Below, piece by piece: positions 18,005-28,281 of a stretch of 64,000 nt of DNA (position 1 is the first letter of the stretch; each line of letters starts with the position of its first letter). Source of the DNA: Candidatus Blautia intestinavium. GTDB lineage: Bacteria; Bacillota; Clostridia; Lachnospirales; Lachnospiraceae. A program made the translations under genes and the position numbers. Location of the stretch: the NCBI GenBank assembly GCA_019113745.1, contig DXGV01000031.1, positions 5,776 to 69,775 on the forward strand, written 5' to 3'. The notes beneath the pieces are model-generated. The model was not told the origin of the DNA and made no database searches. It saw only the letters and a list, made by a program, of their open reading frames with translations.

Positions 18005-19720
18005 GTGAGGAAGAAACTTCCCATCGGGATTGAAAACTTTGAAGAATTTTTCTCTGAGGATTTTTATTATGTAGATAAAACACTGTTTATAAAAGAACTC
18101 TTGCAGAATTGGGGAAAGGTAAACCTGTTTACCCGTCCAAGACGGTTTGGAAAGACATTAAACATGAGTATGTTGAAATGCTTCTTTGAGATAGGAAGAG
18201 ACCCGGCGCTGTTCGACGGCTTAAAGATAGCGCAGGAAAAGAGCCTGTGCGAAAAATATATGGGAAGGTTCCCTGTGATCTCTATCAGCCTGAAAAGTGT
18301 GGACGGTTTGAACTTTGAGTCGGCGTCTGTAGCATTGCGGACAATTATTGGCAACGAGGCTGGAAGATTCCGTTTTTTAAGGGACAGTGACAAATTGACG
18401 AATGATGAAAAAGAAGCCTATGCACAGCTGACAGAAGTTGGTTCGTCACAAGGCGGGGTTTATACGATGACAGGAAAAATGGCAGAAGCAAGCCTTCAAA
18501 CACTCTCCCTCCTTCTTGAAAAGCATTATGGACAGAAAGTCATCCTGCTGATCGATGAGTATGATGTTCCGCTTGATAAGGCGTTCCAGGCAGGATATTA
18601 TGATGAGATGGTCCGTCTTATCCGCAACCTCCTCGGCAATGCATTGAAAACGAATGACAGCCTGTACTTTGCCGTATTGACCGGGTGCCTGCGGATCTCG
18701 AAAGAGAGCATCTTTACAGGCTTAAATAACCTGAAAGTACATACGATCTCGGATGTACGATATGATGAGTATTTTGGGTTTACCAATGCGGAAGTGGATG
18801 AACTGCTGGAATTCTATGGACTGTCAGCTTACAAAGATACGATTAGGGACTGGTATGATGGATATTGTTTTGGAGATACGGACGTGTATTGCCCCTGGGA
18901 TGTGATCAATTACTGCGATGAACTGCTGGCAGCGCCGAATACTCCCCCAAAAAACTACTGGGCGAATACCAGCGGCAATGACCTGATCCGCCGCATGTTG
19001 AAGAATGCAAACCTGACTGCAAAGAACGAAGTAGAAGAACTGTTAAACGGCGGGCAGATAACTAAACGTATGAAACAGGAACTGACATACCGTGAGGTTG
19101 ACGACAGTATCGAAAATGTGTGGAGCGTGCTGTATGCCACAGGTTATCTGACAGGGAAGCATGTGGAGCAGGAGGATGCGGATATCTTCCGTCTGTGGAT
19201 CCCCAATGGAGAGATCCGGAAACTGTTCTATGAACTGGTTGAAGACTGGTTCCGTGAGGTAACGCGATCCGATACGGTCAAGATCAACCGCTTCTGCGCG
19301 GCGTTTCCGGCGGGGGATACGGAAACAATCCAGGAGATGCTTGGGGACTACCTGTGGGATTCCATCAGTGTGAGAGATACAGCAGTGCGAAGAAATATGA
19401 AGGAAAATTTTTATCACGGGATGTTGCTTGGGCTCCTGCAAAATCAGGATAGCTGGCTGGTAAAGTCTAATGCGGAGACGGGCGAGGGATACAGTGATAT
19501 TTCCATCCAGACCCCGGAGAGAACAGGAATCGTGATCAAGCTGAAATATGCGGATGACGGGAATCTGGAGAAGGCATGCGGTGAGGCGTTAAAACAGATC
19601 GAAGAAAAGAAGTATGCGGAAGGTCTGAAGCGCCGGAGCATGAAAAAGATCATCAAGTACGGTATTGCATTTTATGAGAAGGAATGTATGGTTAAAATAA
19701 TAACTCCGCCGCTGATATGA
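18005..19720 (+). CDS. AAA-ATPase-like + PD-(D/E)XK nuclease domain protein
   Basis: 'KLPIGIENF', 'YYVDKT', Walker A 'RPRRFGKT', Walker B 'LLIDEYD', C-terminal 'GYSDI..IKLK..ALKQI'; GTG start 18005. Confidence 0.88.
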   Translation: MRKKLPIGIENFEEFFSEDFYYVDKTLFIKELLQNWGKVNLFTRPRRFGKTLNMSMLKCFFEIGRDPALFDGLKIAQEKSLCEKYMGRFPVISISLKSVDGLNFESASVALRTIIGNEAGRFRFLRDSDKLTNDEKEAYAQLTEVGSSQGGVYTMTGKMAEASLQTLSLLLEKHYGQKVILLIDEYDVPLDKAFQAGYYDEMVRLIRNLLGNALKTNDSLYFAVLTGCLRISKESIFTGLNNLKVHTISDVRYDEYFGFTNAEVDELLEFYGLSAYKDTIRDWYDGYCFGDTDVYCPWDVINYCDELLAAPNTPPKNYWANTSGNDLIRRMLKNANLTAKNEVEELLNGGQITKRMKQELTYREVDDSIENVWSVLYATGYLTGKHVEQEDADIFRLWIPNGEIRKLFYELVEDWFREVTRSDTVKINRFCAAFPAGDTETIQEMLGDYLWDSISVRDTAVRRNMKENFYHGMLLGLLQNQDSWLVKSNAETGEGYSDISIQTPERTGIVIKLKYADDGNLEKACGEALKQIEEKKYAEGLKRRSMKKIIKYGIAFYEKECMVKIITPPLI

Positions 19721-20609
19721 CTACAGGTATTGTTAAGATAGAAAGTACTGTGGTGAAGGAGAAGATCTCCGACGCGTATGCATGATTTTTATTATACAAA
19801 ATAGACATCATGGTGATGGTTGTAGCCGTGGGACAGGCCGAGGCGATCAGTGTTGTGTAAGCCACAGTGGAATCCAGGGGCAGAAAACTTAAAAAGAGCA
19901 GAACGGCCAGAGGAACTACCAGGAGCTTCAGGGCGGCAACTTTGTAAATGCTAAGATTGGTACAGATATCCTTCAGGTTAGAATGCGCCACGGAAAATCC
20001 GGCTACCATCATCGCCAGAGGCGTATTCATATCGGCGATATAATTCATGGAGTCCAAAAGCGGACCGGGAATTTCAAATTGTATGAAAAACAGCGCCATG
20101 GCAAGCAGGGTAGAAAGCACCATAGGAGACAGAAGCCCGTCTCGTAAATTGCGCAGACGAAAATTCCCCTTCATCAGACTGAGCCCGTGGGTCCAGGTAA
20201 GGAGATTAAATACAGTCATATAAGCGGTGAGATAAAATACGCCTTCGCTTCCGAGAACACTCCCGATCAGAGGAATCCCGATGAATCCGCAGTTGGAGTA
20301 AACGGCGGCATAGCGTTCAAGCCCGGATTCCGCGGAACTGTTTTTCCGGATGAATGCAGTTGAGATCAGTATGGCGATAAAATGGGAGACAAGGGCGGCT
20401 GCGAAAGAGAGCAGTAGTCCGGCCACAAGAGTTTTATCATAATCTGTCTGATATACAGTTATGATCAGGCAGGGATTGACGATATTCAGAAGAAGATTGG
20501 AAATACACCGGCTGCCTTCCGTACTTACAAGACCGATTCGGCAGCAAAAAATTCCGACAAGCAAAATAACCAGCATTTTGAATAGCTGGCTGACAATCAA
20601 AAGAAACAT
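19692..20609 (-). CDS. AEC (auxin efflux carrier) family transporter
   Basis: 'SNCGFIGIP', 'PLAMMVAG', about 10 TM segments. Confidence 0.85.
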   Translation of the reverse strand: MFLLIVSQLFKMLVILLVGIFCCRIGLVSTEGSRCISNLLLNIVNPCLIITVYQTDYDKTLVAGLLLSFAAALVSHFIAILISTAFIRKNSSAESGLERYAAVYSNCGFIGIPLIGSVLGSEGVFYLTAYMTVFNLLTWTHGLSLMKGNFRLRNLRDGLLSPMVLSTLLAMALFFIQFEIPGPLLDSMNYIADMNTPLAMMVAGFSVAHSNLKDICTNLSIYKVAALKLLVVPLAVLLFLSFLPLDSTVAYTTLIASACPTATTITMMSILYNKNHAYASEIFSFTTVLSILTIPVVISAAELLF

Positions 20610-20720
20610 GGGATTATACCTTCCTGTGTGTTTTAAAATGCGTTTTTGCGATAATATGTGAAAGCGCTTGATTTCTTATGAAAACTGGCGTCAGTGAACG
20701 AGCGGATAATATGCTCTGTA

Positions 20721-20780
20721 AAAGAGTACAAGTCTTTCATAAATGAGAAATTTAAGAGATTGAAATGACTTGTACTCTTT
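20721..20780. terminator. Long hairpin/terminator downstream of BMC genes
   Basis: AAAGAGTACAAGTC ... GACTTGTACTCTTT perfect 14-bp inverted repeat. Confidence 0.65.
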
Positions 20781-20785
20781 GTTTC

Positions 20786-21076
20786 TTACGCAAAATGATG
20801 CTTAGCGGCTTCCTCCTCTACGATACGGGTAGTTTCCTCAGAAGGATTGGAGATGACCGCCGAGGCAATAATCTCACAGGGTGGATTAAACTTCACACTG
20901 TCCACTGCGGCAGTTACGGCAGCCACATCTCCGCTTAAGAATACTGTTGCGTGTCCTCCGCATTTCGTATGCCAGGTGCGGAAGGATACTTCAGATGCCT
21001 TGAGCATCTGGTCGATCACCAGGATCGCATTGCTGCTTCCCAGAACTTCTACTAATCCGAAAGCTCCGTATGTCAT
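20786..21076 (-). CDS. BMC-H bacterial microcompartment shell protein
   Basis: 'AFGLVEVLG...IDQMLKASEV...GDVAAVTAAV' single BMC domain. Confidence 0.85.
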   Translation of the reverse strand: MTYGAFGLVEVLGSSNAILVIDQMLKASEVSFRTWHTKCGGHATVFLSGDVAAVTAAVDSVKFNPPCEIIASAVISNPSEETTRIVEEEAAKHHFA

Positions 21077-21117
21077 AATGATTTCCTCGCTTTTTGAAAA
21101 ATTTACAGTTGATAATA

Positions 21118-21417
21118 TTATTTGTTGATCGTCATCTGTAAAGCCACTTCCGTATCGGATGTGGGAGATGCGATCACCGTATGATTGACGATTTTCGCCA
21201 GCGGTTCGGCTGTCCTGAGAGCTGCTTCCATAGCCGCGTTCACATCAGAAACAGACCCTCTCATTTTTACGCAGGCCCCGCTTTTCAGTCGGTTACGCTC
21301 TACACCCTGGATTTTTACGTTGGCTGCTTTGGAAGCAGCGTCAAGAGCTACAAAGCAGGCGACAAGATTATCCAGCTCAAATACGCCTACCGCCATTCCG
21401 TTATAATTCTCTGCCAT
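21118..21417 (-). CDS. BMC-H bacterial microcompartment shell protein (divergent)
   Basis: 'AVGVFE...ALDAASKAANV...RGSVSDVNAAMEAA...VIASP'. Confidence 0.82.
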   Translation of the reverse strand: MAENYNGMAVGVFELDNLVACFVALDAASKAANVKIQGVERNRLKSGACVKMRGSVSDVNAAMEAALRTAEPLAKIVNHTVIASPTSDTEVALQMTINK

Positions 21418-21618
21418 AATACCTCCCCAGATTTTGACTGTGAAAATCTGTATTTAAACCTGTTATTATAAACAGTATACCTTTTTTTTATACAGATTAC
21501 AAGAAAAATCAACACAGTCCGTCGGTCTGAGAGAAATGCAAAAATGAAAATATCACAGAAAACAGCAGTTGTATGAAAGCAGGGATAAGTAGTATAATGA
21601 GACGAAAGGGTGAGGAAA

Positions 21619-22986
21619 ATGAAAGTGCATCAGACAGATTTTTCTACAGGAAATGTTTACAGGAATATTATGGAAGTAGCGGTGCCAATGACGCTGGCAC
21701 AGCTTCTGAATCTTTTATACAATATTGTAGACCGGATGTATATCGGCAGAATACCCGATGTGGGAAGAGTGGCGCTTACGGGAGTAGGCATCTGCTTTCC
21801 GGTTATCACGCTGATCACGGCTTTTACTTATCTGTTCGGTAATGGAGGAAGCCCTCTCTGTGCCATGGAGATGGGACGGGGCAATCGTGATGAAGCAGAG
21901 AAGCTTATGGGAAATACCTTTTCCATGCTTCTTATTACCAGCGCTGTACTTATGGCTGTGGGATATCTTTTCCATCAGCCCATTCTCTATGCTTTCGGAG
22001 CCAGCGATACTACTTTTGGTTATGCCAGGGATTATCTGCTGATCTATCTGGCGGGAACGCCGGCGGTGATGATCTCGCTTGGACTGAATCCTTTTATTAA
22101 CTGCCAGGGATTTGGTAACATGGGAATGTTCACGGTTCTCATCGGCGCTGTGATGAATTTTATCCTGGATCCGGTCTTTATTTTTGTGTTCCATATGGGC
22201 GTGAGAGGAGCGGCGATCGCCACCATTATTTCCCAGATCTGTTCTGCACTCTGGGTTCTTAAATTCCTTACAGGGAAAAAAGCGGTCCTGAAGCTGAAAA
22301 GAGAATCTATGATCATTCAGTGGAAACGGGTTCTGAATATTGTCAGTCTTGGTATATCCGGTTTTATGATGGCGTTTACCAACAGTCTTGTGCAGATTTT
22401 CTGTAACGCGACGCTTCAGACTTTCGGCGGAGATATTTATGTGGGCGTTATGACTGTGCTGAATTCGGTGAGAGACATCTCTACCCTGGTAGTCCAGGGA
22501 CTGGGAAACGGCGCTTCTCCCGTTATGAGCTTCAATTATGGGGAGAAGGCTTACTGGAAGGTGCGCAAGGCGATTAAGTTCCTTACGCTGGCTGGCGGCG
22601 CTTACACCATCCTGTTCTGGGCGGTGATCGAACTGGTACCGGAATTCTTTATCCGGATCTTCAACAGTGAACCGGAACTGATCGCGAAGGGAGTACCGTC
22701 GCTGCATATTTATTTCTTCGGTTTCTGTTTTATGGCCCTGCAGTTTACGGCGCAGAGTGTGTTCGTGGCTCTGGGAAAGGCGAAGAGGGCGACTTTCTTT
22801 TCTATTTTCCGCAAGGTGATCATCGTGGTCCCTCTGACTGTACTCCTTCCCCGGATCGGTGGGCTGGGGGTCGACGGAGTGTTCTGGGCGGAACCGGTTT
22901 CCAACCTGATCGGAGGGTGCGCCAGTTTCTTCACCATGCTGCTGACAATCCTGCCAGAGCTGAAGGATGAAGGAAAAAATTTATAA
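21619..22986 (+). CDS. MATE family efflux transporter
   Basis: 'LYNIVDRMYIG', 'NFILDPVFIF..MGVRGAAIAT', 'SFNYG'. Confidence 0.92.
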   Translation: MKVHQTDFSTGNVYRNIMEVAVPMTLAQLLNLLYNIVDRMYIGRIPDVGRVALTGVGICFPVITLITAFTYLFGNGGSPLCAMEMGRGNRDEAEKLMGNTFSMLLITSAVLMAVGYLFHQPILYAFGASDTTFGYARDYLLIYLAGTPAVMISLGLNPFINCQGFGNMGMFTVLIGAVMNFILDPVFIFVFHMGVRGAAIATIISQICSALWVLKFLTGKKAVLKLKRESMIIQWKRVLNIVSLGISGFMMAFTNSLVQIFCNATLQTFGGDIYVGVMTVLNSVRDISTLVVQGLGNGASPVMSFNYGEKAYWKVRKAIKFLTLAGGAYTILFWAVIELVPEFFIRIFNSEPELIAKGVPSLHIYFFGFCFMALQFTAQSVFVALGKAKRATFFSIFRKVIIVVPLTVLLPRIGGLGVDGVFWAEPVSNLIGGCASFFTMLLTILPELKDEGKNL

Positions 22987-23059
22987 ATACTGAAAAATCA
23001 GATCTCTGATAGAAGAAATAGAATAGAGTAATAATATTTAAATTGTATCAATAAAGAAG

Positions 23060-23111
23060 CGCCGGATAAGCTATGCTGAGCAGATTGCAGAGCAGCATAC
23101 TTTATCCGGCG
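23060..23111. terminator. Bidirectional terminator between convergent MATE and arcC
   Basis: CGCCGGATAA..TATGCTG / CAGCATA..TTATCCGGCG stem. Confidence 0.65.
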
Positions 23112-23119
23112 TATGTTTT

Positions 23120-24064
23120 TTATAAATGAATCCGTGTTCCGGTTTTGCCCATGATGCCGTTCCGGGCTTTGTTCAGATGAGTGATCATCGCGGTGCGGTC
23201 AGGACCGGAGGAGGCGAAGTCTACGGCTGCCTGCACTTTGGGAAGCATGGAGCCGGCGGCGAAATGGCCTTCTTCGATGTATTTTTTCGCCTGCTCGACT
23301 GTGAGGTCCTCCAGCCATTCTTCGTTTTCTTTTCCGAAATTAATGGCGACTTTTTCTACGGCGGTAAGGATGATCAGCATATCCGCTCCCAGCTTTTCTG
23401 CCAGAAGACAGCTGGCGAAATCTTTGTCGATCACCGCGGACGCTCCTTTGAGATGATCTCCCTGCAGAGTGACGGGAATGCCTCCGCCTCCGCAGCAGAT
23501 CACGATCTTATTGGCGTCCACAAGGCTGTTGATGGCGTCCTGCTCCACGATCTCCACCGGTTTCGGGGAAGCCACGACTCTCCGGTAGCCCCGTCCCGCG
23601 TCTTCCTTCATGATATAACCATATGCCTTCTCGGCGTGTTCCGCCTGTTCCTTTGTCATAAAATGTCCGATCGGCTTGCTTGGATTTTCAAAAGCGGGAT
23701 CGTCCGGATCCACCCGTACCTGAGTGACTACGGTGACGACCGGCGTGCGGACGAAACCTCTTTTTCTCAGCTCTTCACGGAGCGCGTTCTGGAGATCGTA
23801 GCCGATATACGCCTGACTCATCGCCACACAGACAGAGAGGGGCGTGTTGGGCTGATTGGGATCCTCCCGGGAGAGGGCCGCCATGGCGTTGTTGATCATG
23901 CCTACCTGGGGGCCGTTTCCATGGACGACCACTACCTGATGACCGTCTTCGATAAGGTCGCAAAGGGCCTGCGCCGTGGATTTTACAGCGATCATCTGCT
24001 CCGGGAGCGTGTTCCCCAGGGCGTTGCCGCCAAGAGCGATGACGATACGTTTGCGTTTGTACAT
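23120..24064 (-). CDS. arcC: Carbamate kinase
   Basis: 'VIALGGNAL', 'HGNGPQVG', 'GYRRVVASP', 'VIDKD', 'GSMLPKV'. Confidence 0.95.
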   Translation of the reverse strand: MYKRKRIVIALGGNALGNTLPEQMIAVKSTAQALCDLIEDGHQVVVVHGNGPQVGMINNAMAALSREDPNQPNTPLSVCVAMSQAYIGYDLQNALREELRKRGFVRTPVVTVVTQVRVDPDDPAFENPSKPIGHFMTKEQAEHAEKAYGYIMKEDAGRGYRRVVASPKPVEIVEQDAINSLVDANKIVICCGGGGIPVTLQGDHLKGASAVIDKDFASCLLAEKLGADMLIILTAVEKVAINFGKENEEWLEDLTVEQAKKYIEEGHFAAGSMLPKVQAAVDFASSGPDRTAMITHLNKARNGIMGKTGTRIHL

Positions 24065-24140
24065 GTAAAAACCTCCTGATATTCAGAGACAGAAAAGGTC
24101 CTGCAAGAAAAAACTGCAGGACCTGTCTGTCTGAAATGGT

Positions 24141-25334
24141 TTATTTAAGGATTCTCGGAGCCGCTTTTACTTCCAGCTTTTTGAGGATTTCCTGCGGATT
24201 CTCAAATTTGGCAAGCAGGATCATGGCTGCGATCACATAAGGTTTAAAACTTGCTTCTTTGTAAAGCGGAACTCTGTAACGGTCAAATACGCTTGCGTCA
24301 ACTTCGCCGGTCTCACAGCTTACGCCGGTGATATCGGCAGGCAGACAGTGGAGATACAGAGCCTTTCCGTCCTTTGTAGTCTTCATCAACTCTTCAGTGC
24401 ACGCCCAGTCTTTGTGCTGTGCGTTCTGAGCCAGAAGTTCTTTTTCCAGTTTGTCAATACCGTCGAAGTCGCCCGCTCCGTAAAGGTCGGTACGTTTCTC
24501 CATGGCTGCGAAAGGAGCCCAGCTCTTGGGATATACGATGTCGGCGTCTTTAAACGCTTCTTCCATGCTGTTTGTCTTGGTGAAAGAACCGCCGGAAGCC
24601 GCTGCGTTCTTCTTTGCGATCTCCTCGACCTCAGGCATTACGTCGTATCCTTCCGGATGAGCGAGCACCACATCCATACCGAAACGTGTCATAAGTCCGA
24701 TGACGCCCTGGGGAACGGAGAGGGGTTTGCCGTAGGAGGGAGAGTAAGCCCATGTCATGGCCAGTTTCTTGCCTTTCAGGTTCTCCACGCCGCCGAACTC
24801 ATGAATAATATGCAGCATGTCGGCCATACACTGTGTGGGATGATCCACGTCGCACTGCAGGTTTACAAGAGTAGGTCTCTGCTCCAGAATGCCGTCTTTG
24901 TTTCCTTCGGTTACGGCGTCCATAAATTCTTTCTGATATGCGTGTCCTTTGCCGATGTACATATCGTCGCGGATACCGATCACGTCAGCCATGAAAGAAA
25001 CCATGTTGGCGGTTTCGCGGACAGTTTCCCCGTGAGCGATCTGGGATTTCTTTTCGTCCAGATCCTGTACGGTCAGGCCAAGAAGGTTGCACGCGGAAGC
25101 GAAAGAAAAACGGGTACGTGTGGAATTATCACGGAAAATGGAGATGCCCAGTCCGGACTCAAATACCTTGGTGGAGATGTTGTTTTCTCTCATGAATCTG
25201 AGTGCGTCGGCTACAGTGAAAACAGCCTCCAGCTCGTCGTCTGTCTTGTCCCAGGTCCAGAAGAAATCGTTGTTGTACATTTCTTTGAAATTCAGCTTGT
25301 TTAATTTGTCGATGTAATCCTGTAATGTTTTCAT
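24141..25334 (-). CDS. ygeW: Knotted carbamoyltransferase YgeW
   Basis: 'FRDNSTRTR', 'DHPTQ', 'WAYSPSYGKPLSVPQG', 'HCLPADI'. Confidence 0.93.
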   Translation of the reverse strand: MKTLQDYIDKLNKLNFKEMYNNDFFWTWDKTDDELEAVFTVADALRFMRENNISTKVFESGLGISIFRDNSTRTRFSFASACNLLGLTVQDLDEKKSQIAHGETVRETANMVSFMADVIGIRDDMYIGKGHAYQKEFMDAVTEGNKDGILEQRPTLVNLQCDVDHPTQCMADMLHIIHEFGGVENLKGKKLAMTWAYSPSYGKPLSVPQGVIGLMTRFGMDVVLAHPEGYDVMPEVEEIAKKNAAASGGSFTKTNSMEEAFKDADIVYPKSWAPFAAMEKRTDLYGAGDFDGIDKLEKELLAQNAQHKDWACTEELMKTTKDGKALYLHCLPADITGVSCETGEVDASVFDRYRVPLYKEASFKPYVIAAMILLAKFENPQEILKKLEVKAAPRILK

Positions 25335-25422
25335 TCCTGATCTCCTTTATATGGTAGTGTTGATGGTGCGTTTGTGATTGTTAAGCCAAAGCAGGCGGCG
25401 TATTTTGCCTGCTTCCGGCGTT

Positions 25423-26733
25423 CTATTTGCAGTAAACAGTAGGAAGAGCGGCGTAAACAGCGGCGCATCTTACCAGGTCGATCTTCCAGGTCTTTTCATT
25501 GGGCGCGTGAGCCTGTGCCTCTGCTCCCGGTCCGAAACCGATGCAGGGGATATTGTTGCGGCCCATGATGGAAACGCCGTTGGTGGAGAAAGTCCACTTG
25601 TCAGTAAGCGGGCGTGCTTTTCTCATGGCTTCCGTCTCCGCGTTGCCCAGACGTGTCTCGCCGTAGAGCCCTTTGTATGCTTCCTCAAGGGCTTTTGTTA
25701 CTTTGTGATCCTTGGGAATCGCCCAGGTGGGGAAGTAACATTCAATTTCATATACGCATCCGGTGTAGGAGGGACGGTCGTAATTATACATGGAAACAAC
25801 AACGTCGTCTCCGTATTTCTTTACGCTGGGGAGCTGACGGATCTCTTCAAGGCAGCTTTCCCATGTCTCGCCGAAAGTCATCCGGCGGTCAAGAGATACC
25901 GCGCAGGAGTCGGCAACTGCACAACGGCTGGGTGAGGTATAGAAAATCTGAGAAACAGTAACCGTGCCGCGGCCAAGGAAACGGGCCTCCTCCCAGTCGG
26001 GGTTGTATTTCGGGTTCAGCATTTTGACAAGGCCTTTGATCTCTTTATCGTCCGCATCGTCGTTTTCGTTGAGGGCGCGTACGTCCTGAAGAATATCGGC
26101 CATTTTGTAGATCGCGTTGTCGCCGCGCTCAGGAGCGGATCCGTGGCAGGAAACGCCTTTTACGTCCACACGGATCTCCATACGTCCGCGCTGTCCTCTG
26201 TAGATACCGCCGTCTGTGGGTTCGGTGGAGACAACGAACTCCGGACGGATTTTGTCTTCATTGATAATGTACTGCCAGCAGAGGCCGTCGCAATCTTCTT
26301 CCTGAACAGTACCGACCACCATGATCTTACATCCTTCCGGGATCAGATCGAGATCTTTCATGATCCTTGCGCCGTATACAGCGGAGACAAGGCCGCCGCA
26401 CTGGTCGGAAACGCCACGGCCGCCGATCTCTTCGTCAGTTTCATATCCTTCATAGGGATCGAAGGTCCAGTTGTCGATGTTTCCGATGCCTACGGTATCA
26501 ATATGCGCGTCGTATGCGATGATCCTGTCGCCGGTTCCCATGTAGCCGATCACATTGCCCTGGGGATCAATGAATACTTCATCGAAATCCAGCTTTTTCA
26601 TTTCAGCGGCGATGGTATCTACGTGGGCCTTTTCATCGCAGCTTTCCCCAGGATTTTTTACGATGGCCCTTAAAAAACGGGTCATATCGTCTTTGTAATT
26701 CAGAGCGGCCTCGTTGATTTTTGCGTAATCCAT
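25423..26733 (-). CDS. ygeY: YgeY family M20 hydrolase
   Basis: 'DAHIDTVG', 'QEEDCDG', '[10 protein letters not shown]', 'WTFSTNGV', 'AHAPNE'. Confidence 0.93.
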   Translation of the reverse strand: MDYAKINEAALNYKDDMTRFLRAIVKNPGESCDEKAHVDTIAAEMKKLDFDEVFIDPQGNVIGYMGTGDRIIAYDAHIDTVGIGNIDNWTFDPYEGYETDEEIGGRGVSDQCGGLVSAVYGARIMKDLDLIPEGCKIMVVGTVQEEDCDGLCWQYIINEDKIRPEFVVSTEPTDGGIYRGQRGRMEIRVDVKGVSCHGSAPERGDNAIYKMADILQDVRALNENDDADDKEIKGLVKMLNPKYNPDWEEARFLGRGTVTVSQIFYTSPSRCAVADSCAVSLDRRMTFGETWESCLEEIRQLPSVKKYGDDVVVSMYNYDRPSYTGCVYEIECYFPTWAIPKDHKVTKALEEAYKGLYGETRLGNAETEAMRKARPLTDKWTFSTNGVSIMGRNNIPCIGFGPGAEAQAHAPNEKTWKIDLVRCAAVYAALPTVYCK

Positions 26734-26777
26734 TCTAATTTTCCTCCCATATGATAGATGTGTGTAATGTTTTTTAC

Positions 26778-28007
26778 TTACTTACTCAGAGATTTGTCTG
26801 TTCCATAAAGACCGTCCCAGACAATTTCACGGTAGCGTACCGGGTCGGTGTCGCCCTCGGTAGAGATTACCAGAACACTGGAATTTTCATCAAGTTTCAG
26901 GGCGTCCTTAAGGTCTGAAGCATCCGCGTCGTGAAGAGCGGTGTATACAAGGCCGAGAGGTACGGATCCGGACTCGCCGGATACAATGTGGGGATCTCCA
27001 TTAAGCGGGTTGGCATAAATTCTGGTAGCTTTTGCGCTCATCCAGTCGGGGCAGGATGCGAATACGGCGGCATGGTTTCTGAGGATATCCCATCCGATAG
27101 TGTTTCCTTCCCCACAGGCAAGACCGGCCATGATCGTATTCAGATCGCCGGACACATTCACAAGTTCGCCTGTCTTTTTCACAGCAGAACGGTAGAGACA
27201 GTCGGCGGCACTGGCCTCGCAGACAACCATCACCGGCGGATTGTCTTTATATTTGTTGGCGAAATAACCTACTACAGCGCCGGCCAGGGAACCGACTCCG
27301 GCCTGGACGAATACGTGGGTGGGGCGCTCCACGCCGTCTTCTTTAAGCTGGTGGTCAGCCTCCATAACCATTGTGCCGTATCCCTGCATGATCCAGGAAG
27401 GGATTTCCTCATAGCCTTCCCAGGCGGTATCCTGTACGATAATACCGTGTTCTGTCTTTGCTGCTTCAGCCGCAGCCATTCGTACGCAGTCGTCATAGTT
27501 GACTTCCTCGATGGTAACGGTGGCGCCTTCTTTGGCAATGTTGTCAAATCGTGTTTTCGTAGTGCCTTTTGGCATTCTTACCACCGCCTTCTGTCCGAGA
27601 CGTCTGGCGGCCCAGGCAACGCCTCGTCCGTGGTTGCCGTCAGTAGCAGTGAAGAAAGTGGCCTGTCCGAATTCCTCTCTTAACTTCTCTGAGGAGAGTA
27701 CGTTGTAAGGCAGTTCGCTGATATCCCTTCCAAGTTCCTTGGCAATGTAACGGCCCATGGCGTAGGAGCCGCCCAGTACTTTAAAAGCGTTCAGACCGAA
27801 CCGGTAAGATTCGTCTTTGCAGTAGATATTCTTTACGCCCAGAAAAGAAGCCAGAGCGGAAAGCTTCTGCAGGGGAGTTACTGTATACTGGGGAAAACTT
27901 TTGTGAAATTCATTGGCTTTTTTTACATTTTCCTCAGACATTAATTCAAGATAAGCGTCATTGGATTTCGGGATCTCGTTTACGGTCCATTTTAACCCTT
28001 CTGTCAT
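26778..28007 (-). CDS. dpaL: Diaminopropionate ammonia-lyase
   Basis: '[17 protein letters not shown]' PLP lysine, 'ATDGNHG', 'QAGVGS', 'MAGLACGE'; start at ATG 28007 after AGGAGG. Confidence 0.95.
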   Translation of the reverse strand: MTEGLKWTVNEIPKSNDAYLELMSEENVKKANEFHKSFPQYTVTPLQKLSALASFLGVKNIYCKDESYRFGLNAFKVLGGSYAMGRYIAKELGRDISELPYNVLSSEKLREEFGQATFFTATDGNHGRGVAWAARRLGQKAVVRMPKGTTKTRFDNIAKEGATVTIEEVNYDDCVRMAAAEAAKTEHGIIVQDTAWEGYEEIPSWIMQGYGTMVMEADHQLKEDGVERPTHVFVQAGVGSLAGAVVGYFANKYKDNPPVMVVCEASAADCLYRSAVKKTGELVNVSGDLNTIMAGLACGEGNTIGWDILRNHAAVFASCPDWMSAKATRIYANPLNGDPHIVSGESGSVPLGLVYTALHDADASDLKDALKLDENSSVLVISTEGDTDPVRYREIVWDGLYGTDKSLSK

Positions 28008-28092
28008 AAAAAACCCTCCTTTGTTTTCGTGAATTCTCTGCCCGCCTGACATGGAACGCGGGACAACGGCCATTGATTCTTTTTATGCTTCT

Positions 28093-28163
28093 ATCATATC
28101 ATAAAACAGGGATTTTGCAATAGAGAAGCACAAAAATTTTTAGGTTTTTCAAAAAATATTTAG
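28093..28163 (-). promoter_or_regulatory. sigma-A promoter of dpaL-ygeY-ygeW-arcC with upstream block resembling ssnA operator
   Basis: Minus strand TTGCAA-16 nt-TATGAT (TG-extended); upstream AT block aligns with ssnA upstream block. Confidence 0.5.
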
Positions 28164-28281
28164 CAATATAAAAATAAGGCTTTACCGCGTTGAAATAAAG
28201 CAGATCCTGTGCTAAAATAAGCACGTATTTTGCATAATGAAACAGCTTTTGACAGCAGAATGAAGGAGGAAAGCGAGTATT

